A DNA stretch of 64,000 bases, from positions 13,854-77,853 of the IMG/VR virus record IMGVR_UViG_3300047172_000052, one strand, 5' to 3'. The notes below the pieces were generated by a model. The model saw nothing but the letters and a program-made list of their open reading frames with translations. It was not told where the DNA came from and searched no databases. A program made the translations under genes and the position numbers. Numbering within the stretch: position 1 is the stretch's first letter; each line of letters starts with the position of its first letter. This stretch comes from a virus. This document shows positions 11,235-21,878 of the stretch, piece by piece.

Positions 11235-11861
11235 GTTACAGAATACCACAAGATCGACACCGTCTATAAGCGCGATATGACAGCGCCGAAGAACCCGCTG
11301 ATCATCGGCGACTGGACCCACCCCGAGTTCGAGTTCCTGGCGAACAATGTATGGGTCTTCACCGAGAAGGTCGACGGCACCAACATCCGCGTCATCTTCG
11401 ACGAGACCGGCATCAGCTTCGGCGGCAGGACCGACGCAGCGCAGATTCAGACGTCGCTGCTGACGCGTCTACAGGACCGCTTCCAGAACGAGGAGGAGAC
11501 GTTCGCCGCGAAGTTTCCCCATGGTGCCGTGCTCTATGGTGAGGGTTACGGCGCCAAGATTCAGAAGGGCGGTGGAAACTACCGCCAGGATCAGGACTTC
11601 GTTCTGTTCGATGTCAAGATCGGCGACTGGTGGCTCCAGCGTTCCGATGTCGAAGACATCGGCAGGAGCCTCGGGCTGGATGTCGTTCCCATAACAGGCA
11701 CCGGCACGCTGCACCAAGCCATTCTCTACACCTGAGGAGGGTTCACGTCCCGGTGGGGAAACTTTACCGCCGAGGGGATCGTAGCGCGCCCCATGGTGGA
11801 ACTGAAGACGCGCGCCGGTCACCGGATCATCACGAAGATCAAACACCGGGACTTCAACTGA
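11235..11861 (+). pseudogene. Rnl2-family RNA ligase interrupted by an in-frame TGA
   Basis: EYHKIDT, TEKVDGTN (motif I), LYGE (III), FDV (IIIa); after TGA 11733-11735 the same frame gives GGFTSRWGNFTAEGIVARP...ITKIKHRDFN* (motifs IV and V). The codon after the SD reads GTT. Confidence 0.8.
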
Positions 11862-11900
11862 ACCAATCCTAGCCTTCAACCCAACACAAGGAGACTTCGA

Positions 11901-12239
11901 ATGACCCTCTTCAAGAAGAACGTCGCCGACCTCGGCGTCGCGACATCGCTTCCCGGCATCCGCCTGGGAAACAAGGTCAAGGACTCGATCAGTGGCATCG
12001 AGGGGCTCGTCACGGCCCGCTTCGAATACCTCTACGGATGCGTCCGCTGCGAGGTGCAGCCGGAAGGCGTCGACAAGGACGGCAAGCCGTTCGAGAGCAT
12101 CGTCGTGGACGAGCAGCGTCTGTCCCTCGTCAAGCCGACGAAGCCGAAGGTCAGCAGCGACAGCACGCCCGGCATCCCCGGCGGCCCCCGTGACGCCCCA
12201 CGCGGTCGCACGGCGCCCAAGGCGAACAGCCGGCGCTGA
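11901..12239 (+). CDS. Conserved phage hypothetical protein
   Basis: LG.KVKD.ISG.EG.VTAR.EYLYGC.R..VQP...DEQRL...PGGP pattern; SD AAGGAG. Confidence 0.8.
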   Translation: MTLFKKNVADLGVATSLPGIRLGNKVKDSISGIEGLVTARFEYLYGCVRCEVQPEGVDKDGKPFESIVVDEQRLSLVKPTKPKVSSDSTPGIPGGPRDAPRGRTAPKANSRR

Positions 12240-12530
12240 CCGACTACGCCTGCCGCGTGCGTCATTATGTGGTGGCGCACGCGGCGCGGGTGGTTTAACT
12301 TTTCTTCACGCCTAGTTTGGTAGGGAGGAACCATGACGCTGAAAACGCGCGAGGAGCGCAGCATGAACGGTCACCTGTTCTTCGCCTTCTGGCGTGAGGT
12401 GAACGACATCCTATTCCAGAGAGGGCACGACGGTGTGATGTTCGCCAGGGCCTCGACCCTGTGGGACGCAACCAAGTGCGCCGACAAGGCGGCTGACCTC
12501 GTTCTGGCGACAGCGATGGTCGACATTTAA

Positions 12531-12594
12531 TACGCCTGAGGCGTTTTTTCTTCTTGCGTCGTCACCCATCCTGACGTATAGTCCTCCTCATCGA
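12531..12594 (+). promoter_or_regulatory. Repeated early promoter unit
   Basis: TACGCCTGAGGCGTT 12531-12545; TTGCGT 12554; 17 bp; TATAGT 12577; CATCGA. Confidence 0.85.
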
Positions 12595-12617
12595 GACAGT
12601 GAGGAGGGCCATCCGAT

Positions 12618-13442
12618 ATGACCACCTACTTCTTCCGCCACGGCGCTGAGTTTACCGGCACCCCGCGCGTCAGCACGAGCGGCAAGGTCTACACGGTGGT
12701 TCAGGACAAGTGCCACCGTTGCGGTGGTCAGGGTGGCTCCGACGCCTGGAAGCACACCGGTTGGACGTGCTATCGCTGCGGCGGTGGATGTTTCGAGGCG
12801 CCGCGCCAGGAGCCTCTCTATACCGCTGAGAAGCTCGCCAAGCTGAACGCCATCAAGGCGAAGGCCGATGCGCGCCGCGCCGCGAAGCATGAGGCGAAAG
12901 AGGCTGCGCTGCGCATTGAAGCCGAGGCGAAGCGCGCCGCCTTCGAGGCCGAGTTCGCCGACGTGTTGCCCTGGCTCTCCGCTCAGGATCACGAGAGCAA
13001 TGAGTTCTTCGCCTCGCTGTGGCGCTGTGCCACACGCCTCGCTGCCTTCACGCCGGCACAGGCCGACGCCCTGCGTGCCGCCAAGGCCCGCTCCGACGCG
13101 GAGAATGCCAAGCGCGCGTCCTCCGATCACGCGGGCGCCGTGGGCGAGCGCATCACGATCACCGCGACGATCGAGCGCGTGAACAGCTTCGAGCGTCCTG
13201 CGTTCAACGCCTCCTGGGCGAAGGAGACTGTGTGGATCAGCGCGTTGCGCGACACCGCCGGCAACGTCCTGGTCCTGAAGAGCGGCACCTACCTGGGCCA
13301 GAAGGGCTCCAGCATCGTCCTGAAGGCGACGGTGAAGGAGCACGGCGACTACAAGGGGGAGAAGCAGACGATCATCCAGCGCCCTCACGTGATCAGCTTG
13401 GTCGAGCACCAGGACGATGCGGGGGAGGCTCTGGCGGCATGA
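12618..13442 (+). CDS. Zn-finger plus OB-fold-like protein
   Basis: CHRCGG..CYRCGG finger; C-terminal G.VGERI.I...LKATVKEH.DYKGEKQTII.RP; own promoter. Confidence 0.75.
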   Translation: MTTYFFRHGAEFTGTPRVSTSGKVYTVVQDKCHRCGGQGGSDAWKHTGWTCYRCGGGCFEAPRQEPLYTAEKLAKLNAIKAKADARRAAKHEAKEAALRIEAEAKRAAFEAEFADVLPWLSAQDHESNEFFASLWRCATRLAAFTPAQADALRAAKARSDAENAKRASSDHAGAVGERITITATIERVNSFERPAFNASWAKETVWISALRDTAGNVLVLKSGTYLGQKGSSIVLKATVKEHGDYKGEKQTIIQRPHVISLVEHQDDAGEALAA

Positions 13443-13604
13443 GACAACCTAGCATCTACACGCTATCGGTTCGCTTCCTGTCGAATGAGCGCCCGTTTTC
13501 AACTGTGTATGATCCGTGGCCTCAGATGATCGAATCAGATGAGCGAGCTAAGGAATGGGCTGCAGGCATGCAGGAAAGTCTGCACGGCTATGAATGCACC
13601 TTGC

Positions 13605-13709
13605 TCAAGAACGGGCAGCCGATGGCGGCTTAGGCTTTACCTCGCCACACTTCGCACAGTGCAACCAGTGCCGGTAGTTCGACCAGCCACACCCACACTT
13701 CCACGTCAT
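13605..13709 (-). CDS. 34-aa RanBP2-like zinc-finger microprotein
   Basis: MTWKCGCGWSNYRHWLHCAKCGEVKP...; ATGA overlap with the stop of 13706-13906. Confidence 0.55.
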   Translation of the reverse strand: MTWKCGCGWSNYRHWLHCAKCGEVKPKPPSAARS

Positions 13710-13906
13710 GGGTGTGGCTTGTTCAGCGGATTCTTGCAGATGCGACACACCTCATAGTATTCGCCGTAGCCAAACCCCAGGCACTCCCATCCGTCGCCCA
13801 GGCAGGCACCGCAGACCTTTGGCTGTTCGACCTGGGCAGGCGACGGCTTCGGCTCGAAGTCCTTCATGCGTTTGGCGATGTCTGCGAAGTCGAACACGAT
13901 GCTCAT
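13706..13906 (-). CDS. Small zinc-ribbon protein
   Basis: CGAC...CRIC; ATGA-coupled. Confidence 0.65.
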   Translation of the reverse strand: MSIVFDFADIAKRMKDFEPKPSPAQVEQPKVCGACLGDGWECLGFGYGEYYEVCRICKNPLNKPHP

Positions 13907-14072
13907 GCGTCCCCCGTCTCGATACGCCGTCGCACCCTCGGAATCGCGGATAGCAATTCACGGTGACGGACGGGAAATTCCTCTGGGTTCGTGCGTCCTA
14001 GTTCCGCGAGCAATGCCTTCAGCTTCTCCTCGTCGCTTACTTCGGCTGGGAGCGGAGGCAATTTCAAGCGTC

Positions 14073-14378
14073 TCAGCATTCGAACCTCTCTTTGAGGATC
14101 GCCAGACCTTCTGCCGGCGTCACCAATGGCGCTGAATGATCGCGGTGGCGCAGCGTCATCATCAGGCCGCAATCGCGCCACGTGATCTCCAAGGCGCCCA
14201 AGGAAAGCGCCTTCGCCTTCATCGACAGGCAGATGTCGTAGTGGTCTCCTTGATACCAGCGTCGCGCCACGCCGATCGCTTTCGCCATCGCATGAAGCTC
14301 CTGATCGGTGGTGGCGATCATGTGGCACATCTTCATGCGCCTGAACGGTGCGTTCATGTCGTCTACATACACTGGCAT
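14073..14378 (-). CDS. DUF4031-family protein
   Basis: VYVDD...MCHMIA...ELHAMA..IG..RRWYQGDHYDI. Confidence 0.85.
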   Translation of the reverse strand: MPVYVDDMNAPFRRMKMCHMIATTDQELHAMAKAIGVARRWYQGDHYDICLSMKAKALSLGALEITWRDCGLMMTLRHRDHSAPLVTPAEGLAILKERFEC

Positions 14379-14402
14379 TACATGATGGCCTACTGTTTCT
14401 CG

Positions 14403-14431
14403 TTGACGATCTACGCCTGAGGCGGTATGGT
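14403..14431 (+). promoter_or_regulatory. Promoter with the palindrome inside the -35/-10 spacer
   Basis: TTGACG 14403; TACGCCTGAGGCGG at 14412 in the spacer; TATGGT 14426. Confidence 0.75.
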
Positions 14432-14459
14432 GTCAACCGAAAACGTAAGTGGAGGTGAC

Positions 14460-17148
14460 ATGGCGACGTCGAGGGACGATGAGATTCGGCGCCTGATCAA
14501 AGCAGCCAACGAAGTCGCCACGATGCAGAACCACGCCATCGTGCCGGACGCGCACAAGCTGCGCCTCCTTGGCGCCAGCGAGGCGCTGATCAATGAGGTG
14601 TGTCTGCCGGAGCCCATCAGGCTGCGCGAAGCCCTGCGGCTCACACACGATCAGGTCAAACGGCTGCAGCACCGACTGGCCTACTCCGGCGGCATCGATC
14701 CCAGAACCTTGGTGGACGAGGTCGCTGCGGAACTGGGGTCCATCCGTGGCGGCTTGTCGGCCTTCGTGCATGGTGAACCCGTCGATGGCACATAAGCCCT
14801 GGCGTGAAAACCAATCCGACGCCGACTTCATCGCCTCCCTCGACGACATCAAGACCCCGAGGGAGGCATTGGAGTGCCTTGACGCTCACACTCAATACTA
14901 CGGAGACCCTTACTACACACCTCTCGTGGCGGCGGTCGACCGGATGGTAGACCGCGTTCTGAAGGAGAATCCAGCATGAGCATCATCGACGGGCTACAAG
15001 TGGAAGAAGCACAGTTCACCACCGAAGATGCTTTTGAATACTGGATCGATGCCTTTGGCATGGGATGGTGGCCTGACGAAACGCCTGTCGACCTGGGCGA
15101 AGCTCAGGCGAATGCGATCGGCTTCGCGAGCTTCGACGGTGCGCTGGCTGGCTGAATACGCCTGCCTGTCCTGTGATGCTTCCTGGACAGCGCAAGCAGG
15201 CCCTACACAATGCGCGAGGTGTGGCACCCTCTACGTGCGCTGGCTGAACTACGAAACACTGGCGAAGGAGAACGCTGTTGGACGTCGAATACCCATACTG
15301 GCTGGTCACCAAGGGCAAGGCACCAAACGATAAGGTGCCCAGGGGCTACACGCCGCTGCTTCTCCTGCCGCGCGCCGAGGTGACGCTGCGGGAGCTTGCG
15401 CAGCGTGCCCTAGCGGACGCGAAGCACCGTGCCACGATCCTGCTGGTGGACAAGGACAACACGGTCGACGTTCTGAAGGAGATGGGGAGCGCCTACATGG
15501 CGGATCACCTGTCGAACCTGTGGGTGTCCCAGGTGCGGCTCACGTCCTCCTCTCTCGAATGCGATGTGTGGAAGGAGGAGGCCACGCTATGGCGTCTGGT
15601 AGGTCACAGGCAGGCGCCCAGGTGGCAAGGGCCGGCAGACGGGGTGATCCCCCGCGAGACGCCTGTGACAGTCCGCAGCCGCGCCCTGGCGCCGTTCAAA
15701 CTGGAGGGGATCGATGGATAGTCCGTGTCCCTGTGGCCTTCAGGAGGGGCTGATTTGCCGCCGCCCTCGGTGTCTGATGAAGCCCGCTCCGAAGCCGGAG
15801 GAACTGGCGAAACGAGGCACGCCGGACCTCGTGAGCGGATGGCACCCGATGTCCGACCCGGTCGACCTGAAGCACATGGGGAAGCTCCTGGAGGAGCTAG
15901 GCGAGGCCGTCGCAGCCGGCGCCCGCTGTCTGATCCAATGTATCGACCAGTGCGAGCCGGTGACCGGCAAGCCGAACAAGGAATGGCTGGAGGAGGAACT
16001 GTCGGACGTCATCACCAATATCAATCTGGTGTGCCATCGGTTCGGCCTGGACAAGGAACGCATGATGGCGCGTGGCGGGATCAAGACCAGGAAACTCCAA
16101 CTCTGGCATAGCATGGCATGAGCGACGGCATCGACCTGGAGGACGTCGTCCCCCACCACCTGTTCGAGGATGACACGGACGAGGACCACCACCGTCAGTT
16201 TCGCTTGCATTATGCCGTCAGTTCTGCTTACGCTGGACGACGACACAAGATCAAGGGAAACCATGGGTGTCCTTCGGCTGAAACCAGACGACGAAGCCCT
16301 GGTGGCTGACCTGCTGACATAGCCAGACGAGAGGTGCCTGACGCCCTTGAACTGACTACGGCGGCACCTTTCCATGTCGCCTGGAAAGCGGCGGTGAGGA
16401 TCATCGAGCTATTGCCACTGGAGGAACTTCAGGAATGACCGATACGACAGTGAGAATAGCGACCTTGACCCAGTGGGCCTATGACGAGGCAGTGCGCTGC
16501 ATGGGGAACCCGCTCGAAGGCTATGGGCGCTACCAGCCTGTCGTTCGATCGACCCTGGCGGGACTCTCCCAGGCAGATTGGCTTCAGGCCATTTGCCACA
16601 AGATGATCGCCAGGGAATTCGCCTGGAAGATCGACGTCTATTCCGGTGTCGCCATACTGACGCTGAACCCCAAGAAAGCCAACGCCTAGATGGATCGCAG
16701 GACAATCCCATGCGCGCACGTCCTACGCCGTGCCGCCGCCTTCGCCCTGGCGTCGAGGACAGACCCCGCCGGCAGTGTGACGAACATGGACAGGCTTAAG
16801 GTGTCCAGGAGCAGGCAGGACAAAGCGCGCTACGAGAAGATGGTCAAGCTGGAATGTGAGGTTTCGCTGTCACACGTCGCCGGTGCTCTATCGATCGAGA
16901 CAGTCGAAACCTATGCCGGCGTGCAGAACACGACCGGTGCAGCCGACCCCTACCTAGCCGCCACCGCTCCACTAGCTGAAGAGTCAATCCGCTTCATCCG
17001 GATCACCGAACAGCCAAACCAGCGTTCCAAGGGTCTCGGTGGCGAGCGCATCTATGTGCAGACGGAGGAAGGCGATATGCTCCTCCCACCCCAGACCTGG
17101 GTTATATGGCGGCTACGGCAGCAGCCTCGCACTTCCGAACCTGCCTGA
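14460..17148 (+). other. Operon of small hypothetical genes
   Basis: 14460-14795, 14785-14979, 15278-15721, 15714-16121, a frameshifted ORF at about 16118-16438, 16435-16689, 16690-17148. Confidence 0.6.
15714..16121 (+). CDS. MazG-like nucleotide pyrophosphohydrolase
   Basis: LLEELGE and LEEELSDV acidic motifs. Confidence 0.7.
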   Translation: MDSPCPCGLQEGLICRRPRCLMKPAPKPEELAKRGTPDLVSGWHPMSDPVDLKHMGKLLEELGEAVAAGARCLIQCIDQCEPVTGKPNKEWLEEELSDVITNINLVCHRFGLDKERMMARGGIKTRKLQLWHSMA

Positions 17149-17545
17149 CACACTCTGGCCCGAAGCCGGATTCCAGACTGTCCGGATGGGTCAGACGCCT
17201 GCCACAGTTTCCGCAGGTCCCTTCGTGCATCACCTCCAGGTCGGCAGGGATCGCGCAGCGCACGAACACCTGATGCAGGCACCACCGCAGAGCGCGAACG
17301 ACTGAGTCCGTCTCACGGAAGCGGGACTTCCTGGTCATGATCAGCTTGTGGTCGTCCTCGGTCATCAGCCCGACGTAGAGGTATTGGTCGGGGCCGTGCA
17401 GGACGAACATGCACCAGCCCTTGCTATCCTCGATCTTCTTGGACTTGAAGGTGTAGTGCTTGCCGGTCGCCAGGGAGCGCACCGTGAACGTCGCATTCTT
17501 TCCGCTGATGAATGTCGCGGCGTTCTCGACGGTCATGGACGTCAC
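17102..17545 (-). CDS. DUF6011-containing protein
   Basis: C-terminal CGNCGRRLTHPDSLESGFGPEC. Confidence 0.85.
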   Translation of the reverse strand: MTSMTVENAATFISGKNATFTVRSLATGKHYTFKSKKIEDSKGWCMFVLHGPDQYLYVGLMTEDDHKLIMTRKSRFRETDSVVRALRWCLHQVFVRCAIPADLEVMHEGTCGNCGRRLTHPDSLESGFGPECVRQVRKCEAAAVAAI

Positions 17546-17559
17546 GGTGCTGTCTCCTC

Positions 17560-17624
17560 GCTTGATGACAAGCAGGATAGCAGACCTGACGGTGGCGTCA
17601 AGAGGTAGTTACGCCTGGAGCGTA
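17560..17624 (-). promoter_or_regulatory. Repeated promoter unit (minus strand)
   Basis: Palindrome TACGCCTGGAGCGTA 17610-17624; TTGACG (17601-17596); 16 bp; TATCCT; CATCAA. Confidence 0.75.
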
Positions 17625-18090
17625 TTTGTGTAAGCTGTCCAGGCTGCGGTCCTGACCTCCTCCGGTATCAGCGGCGGCAACAGATACTCATTGCCTGGGC
17701 GATGGCGAAAGCCATAGAGGACCTTGTCTCGCCTGTCGTAGTGGACGGTGAACTCGTGTGTGCCGCCGCGTGGACCTGCTGCGTGGACCTCGACGCAGCG
17801 GGTGTCGATGACGGTGGACGAGATGATGTTCAAGACATCGCACCGTTCAGATACGCCGCCCACAGTTCGTTGATCCGGTTGTTCGTCTCCCAGGCCTCCG
17901 GCGTGCGATCGGGCGCCCAGCGCGTCCCGAAGTCGTAGCCGGCGAGGAACTCCCTGGAGCGGAGACCCCGCTGGAACACGTCCATGACTTGGTTCATCCG
18001 TCTGTTGCGGACGCCCCGATTGAAGCCCGCTATGAACTTCGCCTTGACGGGAACCTTCCCGTTGTTGTCGAGCATTATGACCCCAGACAT
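17609..18090 (-). other. Two small hypothetical genes downstream of the primase
   Basis: ORFs 17830-18090 and 17609-17863. Confidence 0.6.
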
Positions 18091-18103
18091 GGTAGCTCCT
18101 TTC

Positions 18104-21100
18104 CTAGAACTTGAATGAACTCTCGTCGTCGGTTACTTTGTCCAGTTGAATGTTCTTCGCCACGAGTGCTGCTCGCATCTGCGATATTGGAGGACATACC
18201 CAGAAGTAAGGACGACCTATCTCTTGTCGCGGACGCAGCTTTACATCGGCGGCAAGCAGATATTCTTTCACCTTCGATGCAAGAAGGTTGTTGTCACCGA
18301 CTTTATTCTTTCCTTTAGGAGTGCTTCTGATGAAGGCATTGAAGTGATCGCGTAGTGTTGTGACCCTGATGACATTCGGCTTGTCGTCATACAGTGTGAT
18401 CTCTTCGAGACCGTTCATGTCATCTACGCAACCTTCCTCCTGTATCATCTGAACGAAGAACTTGTCCCAGGGGTCCATGCTCTCCAGCGCCTGCTCGATC
18501 AGCGCCTCGGTCTTCGGTGGATTGCGGAGGATGTTCCAATCGTCGTTTGGGGGCGACCAGTGCATCAGGTCGTAGGCCATTGCCTCGATGCCACCGGACT
18601 CCATCTGCACCTTCATGGCGCCGAAGAACTCGGTGTCCTTCATCCGCGCCTCGCCGCATTCCAGCACGAAGAAACGCCGCTCGTCGTCTAACCCCGCCGG
18701 CACAACCCACTGCTCATTGCTGACCATGGCAAGCCGTGCGTAGTTCGAGACCTCGATCGCATCGACGCCCTTCTTCTCCATCATCATCTTGTCGTTGGTG
18801 ATCAGGTTCTTCAGCACGCCGCCGGCTTGCACGTCGCCGGCCCAGAACGCCTCCTCACACACCATCAGCAGGACTCCGGACTGGTGCCCATTGAAGTTGC
18901 CGACGATGTGGTTGCGCTGTGAAACGGTGAGCGAGTAGGGATAGATCGCTCTCGCCAGCCACTTGAACAACTGGCTCTTGCCGGTGCCCTTCTTCCCCCT
19001 GATGACGACCGCCGATCCCATCTTCTCGCCTGGGCGCTGGATGATTTGCGCCATCCATGTCATCATCCAGTCGAAATACTCCTGGTTGCTTTTGCACACG
19101 TTGTCGAGGAGATGTCCTCGCAGCATGCTCCAGTCGCCACGGCGAGGAACGATGTCGAAGCCGCTCCATAGGTTGAAGGCGTTCAGGTCGCAGTGATCCG
19201 ATGGTTCGAACACGATGCCATCTGCGTATGTCTCCCGCTCTTCCCAGTCGATCCACAGGCGCGACAGCGCGACGGCCTTCATGCCGTTGTCCTTGTCCGG
19301 CACCATGACCTTGCGGTTCTCGATCCGCTGGAACGTCTCAGGCTCCCAGATGACAGGCATCGTTCCGGTCTTCTGCGACTTGCGGATGATCTTGAACTTC
19401 GCACCGATGACGACGCCGGCATACTTTGTGTTCAGGTCCGCCAGCATCTCGACCACATCATCATCCGCGACTCGGTCTTCCTTGCCGCTGGTCGACCTTC
19501 CCTTCTTGATCTCCGCATCCAATGCCCGCAGACTCAACCCCGACTGCTTCGCCAGCGTCTTCTTGAGCCCATCCACCTGCCCAGGTGACAGGTCACTGGC
19601 GCCGATGCGCCGCGCCAGGGTGACCGCCTCGTCGTCCTCGTTCTTCTTGACGTGTGAGATGGCACGCTTGGCGTCGCCGGAATTCTTGAACGGCGGCAGG
19701 GAAGTCTCCGGCGCGGCGTCTTCCTTCGCCGGCTCCTCCTCATCCTCCTCCGTCAGCGCCACCCACCGCTTCAACTCACTGGCGTCGGCGATCCCCAGCC
19801 GCTCACAGATCAGGTCGACGAAGTTGATACGGTCAAGGTCAGCACAGGAGTCATGCGAGCACCGCGCGACCGCCTGCTCCTGTTCGCTCTCGCTGGCGTT
19901 GACGCAGAAGAACCCCTTGTCATCAGGATTCCCTGCATCACTGTGAGCATCATCATTCGGGCAGCAGTGCGTGCGCCCTGGTCCCGACGACCGCGCCCCT
20001 CGATCTCCATCCGGGTCCATCTGCAGCAGGAAGTCATCGACCTCGAACCGGTTGCCATACTTGCCGAAGAACCAAGCCATGGAGGTGGTCTTGTAGTCGC
20101 CGGCCCTGCCACCGAGTGCCTTCGCAGCGGCGTCGAACGGCGACGTGGTGACCGCCCGTAGCTCCTCCGCCGTCACCCGCTCGCACTGCTCGATGTCCAG
20201 TGGCTTGCCAGCGATGATGTCGATGCGGAACTGCCCACCAGGAGGGTGCCTGGGCGTATACATGAGCCTGGACGGGTCGACGCACGAACGGTCGAAATAC
20301 GCCTCCAGGAGTTTGCTGGCGCCCGCGTAACGCTCCCGCCACTCGGCGATCGCCTTCTTCTGCGACGCTGCCCTGTCGGCGATCACGAACCGCTTTTCGA
20401 GCACCATGACGACCCGGAACTTCGGCATCGGCTGGTGCTCTAGCTGGAGGACCACACCGTTCACCGTGTGGTCAGTGCCGATCAGCTTGGCGCCCTCCAA
20501 AATGCCAGGACGATACCTCTTGCGCTCCAGGAAGTAGGTGCAGACCTGGGCGACGGTGATGTCGCCGGCCTGCTCACCAACCCATCTCAGCACCTCGTCC
20601 TTCTTGACCTCGGACACCGCTTTGAGGTGCGAGTGCGTCGTGTAGACCACGGCGAACAACCCCAGCGCCTTGATCCGGGCAATCACCTCGTCGATGGACT
20701 CACCCGTGTCCAGGTCCAGCGTCAACAGGTCGAGGTGCGGGATGGCGTTCGCCTTGCGCTCCCCATCGATCACCGCACCCTGCAGGAAGCACTCTCCGTC
20801 CTTCTCGCCCTGCTTGTGGGTGGACAGCAGGTTGACGAATGCCCCCAGCTTCATGGGCGCATTCTTCCAGCGCCCAGGTAGGGTCTTCGATCCCTTCTTG
20901 GAGATGGCGATCTCGATGTCCCGTTCGAGCAGGATAGGGTCCAGGGTGCCATGCAGGAAGGCGTCATTGAACCGGGGCTGCGTCTCCGGCGGCGTCAGGA
21001 ATGCCGCATCAAGCTCCGCCACGGTGAACCACTTATTGGTCACCTCGGCGAGGGTCCACCCCCCAGTCCCCGGCATCGGGACCGGATCACAGGCGGCGGA

Positions 21101-21484
21101 CCCTTCGTCACCCAGCAGCTTCGCAATGTCATCCAGGCGGTCGCATGTCGTTCCTCCCCTCAAATCCAGGACCTCGGTCTCTGCAAGCAGGTAGATGGCG
21201 CACAGGCGCCCATCCTGGTGGGCCAGGGTGACCGTGGGAGGCACACGCTGGTGGAAGGTGTCACCGGGCTGCACCATGGCTCCCAGGCCTGTCAGGAGGC
21301 AGGGGGCGTTGTTCTCCCAGGTGACCAGATCGATGGCGCAGGCACCTTCCTGCTCGTCGACGAAGGCCTTGATCTCTTCGAGCTTGCCGGACATTAGCGC
21401 CGTATGGTCGCCCTCGATCGCAAGGTCGCCGTCCGGTGCATGTTCGAAGCAGGCAGACAAGAATGAGTCTAAGGCAGCCTGCAT
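18104..21484 (-). CDS. Primase-polymerase / SF3 helicase (NrS-1/DUF5906-like C-terminus)
   Basis: LDLD...YTTHSH...KFRVV primase-type motifs; Zn-like CPN..H...CSHDSC; FNLWSGF; GKKGTGKS Walker A; DDERRFFV. Confidence 0.9.
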   Translation of the reverse strand: MQAALDSFLSACFEHAPDGDLAIEGDHTALMSGKLEEIKAFVDEQEGACAIDLVTWENNAPCLLTGLGAMVQPGDTFHQRVPPTVTLAHQDGRLCAIYLLAETEVLDLRGGTTCDRLDDIAKLLGDEGSAACDPVPMPGTGGWTLAEVTNKWFTVAELDAAFLTPPETQPRFNDAFLHGTLDPILLERDIEIAISKKGSKTLPGRWKNAPMKLGAFVNLLSTHKQGEKDGECFLQGAVIDGERKANAIPHLDLLTLDLDTGESIDEVIARIKALGLFAVVYTTHSHLKAVSEVKKDEVLRWVGEQAGDITVAQVCTYFLERKRYRPGILEGAKLIGTDHTVNGVVLQLEHQPMPKFRVVMVLEKRFVIADRAASQKKAIAEWRERYAGASKLLEAYFDRSCVDPSRLMYTPRHPPGGQFRIDIIAGKPLDIEQCERVTAEELRAVTTSPFDAAAKALGGRAGDYKTTSMAWFFGKYGNRFEVDDFLLQMDPDGDRGARSSGPGRTHCCPNDDAHSDAGNPDDKGFFCVNASESEQEQAVARCSHDSCADLDRINFVDLICERLGIADASELKRWVALTEEDEEEPAKEDAAPETSLPPFKNSGDAKRAISHVKKNEDDEAVTLARRIGASDLSPGQVDGLKKTLAKQSGLSLRALDAEIKKGRSTSGKEDRVADDDVVEMLADLNTKYAGVVIGAKFKIIRKSQKTGTMPVIWEPETFQRIENRKVMVPDKDNGMKAVALSRLWIDWEERETYADGIVFEPSDHCDLNAFNLWSGFDIVPRRGDWSMLRGHLLDNVCKSNQEYFDWMMTWMAQIIQRPGEKMGSAVVIRGKKGTGKSQLFKWLARAIYPYSLTVSQRNHIVGNFNGHQSGVLLMVCEEAFWAGDVQAGGVLKNLITNDKMMMEKKGVDAIEVSNYARLAMVSNEQWVVPAGLDDERRFFVLECGEARMKDTEFFGAMKVQMESGGIEAMAYDLMHWSPPNDDWNILRNPPKTEALIEQALESMDPWDKFFVQMIQEEGCVDDMNGLEEITLYDDKPNVIRVTTLRDHFNAFIRSTPKGKNKVGDNNLLASKVKEYLLAADVKLRPRQEIGRPYFWVCPPISQMRAALVAKNIQLDKVTDDESSFKF

Positions 21485-21674
21485 TCGCCACGCCTCGCTG
21501 GAAAAGGATTGTCAGTTTCGCTTACGCTGCGTCGCGCTAACTGTCAACCCTGAAAAGGTGCCACCCCCAGGACGGGGTCATTAAGCCGGCCTGGGGCTGT
21601 CCCTACTGGGGACTGGCGAGGTTCGAGGGGCTAATCCGCGATCGTGTCCTTGGCAAGCAAAACGACGTGGTGGC

Positions 21675-21878
21675 TCAGTCGTCGTCGTCGTCGTCATCCT
21701 GGTGGCGATGATCCCTGTGCGGGAAACGATAAGGCGGAGGATGGTTCCGTTTCCACTGCTCCGCGTGGTATTCCTCGCACTCCGGATCGTAGCCTTCGCA
21801 ACAGCAATAACCATCGCACGCAAAAGCCACAGTGTGGCAGATGAGCAACAGTGCGATGGCGAGCGCGATGGTCTTCAC
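21675..21878 (-). CDS. Small secreted Cys/His/Asp-rich peptide
   Basis: MKTIALAIALLLICHTVAFA signal-peptide-like start, then CDGYCCCEG...HRDHRHQ and a poly-Asp tail; GTGA overlap and SD. Confidence 0.65.
   Translation of the reverse strand: MKTIALAIALLLICHTVAFACDGYCCCEGYDPECEEYHAEQWKRNHPPPYRFPHRDHRHQDDDDDDD

Noticed and set aside
3157-12594. Repeats as a CRISPR array
   Set aside because: Spacing is 0.3-1.8 kb, the intervals are genes, and the repeats are promoters. The Cas4-like gene is a stand-alone replication-block nuclease.
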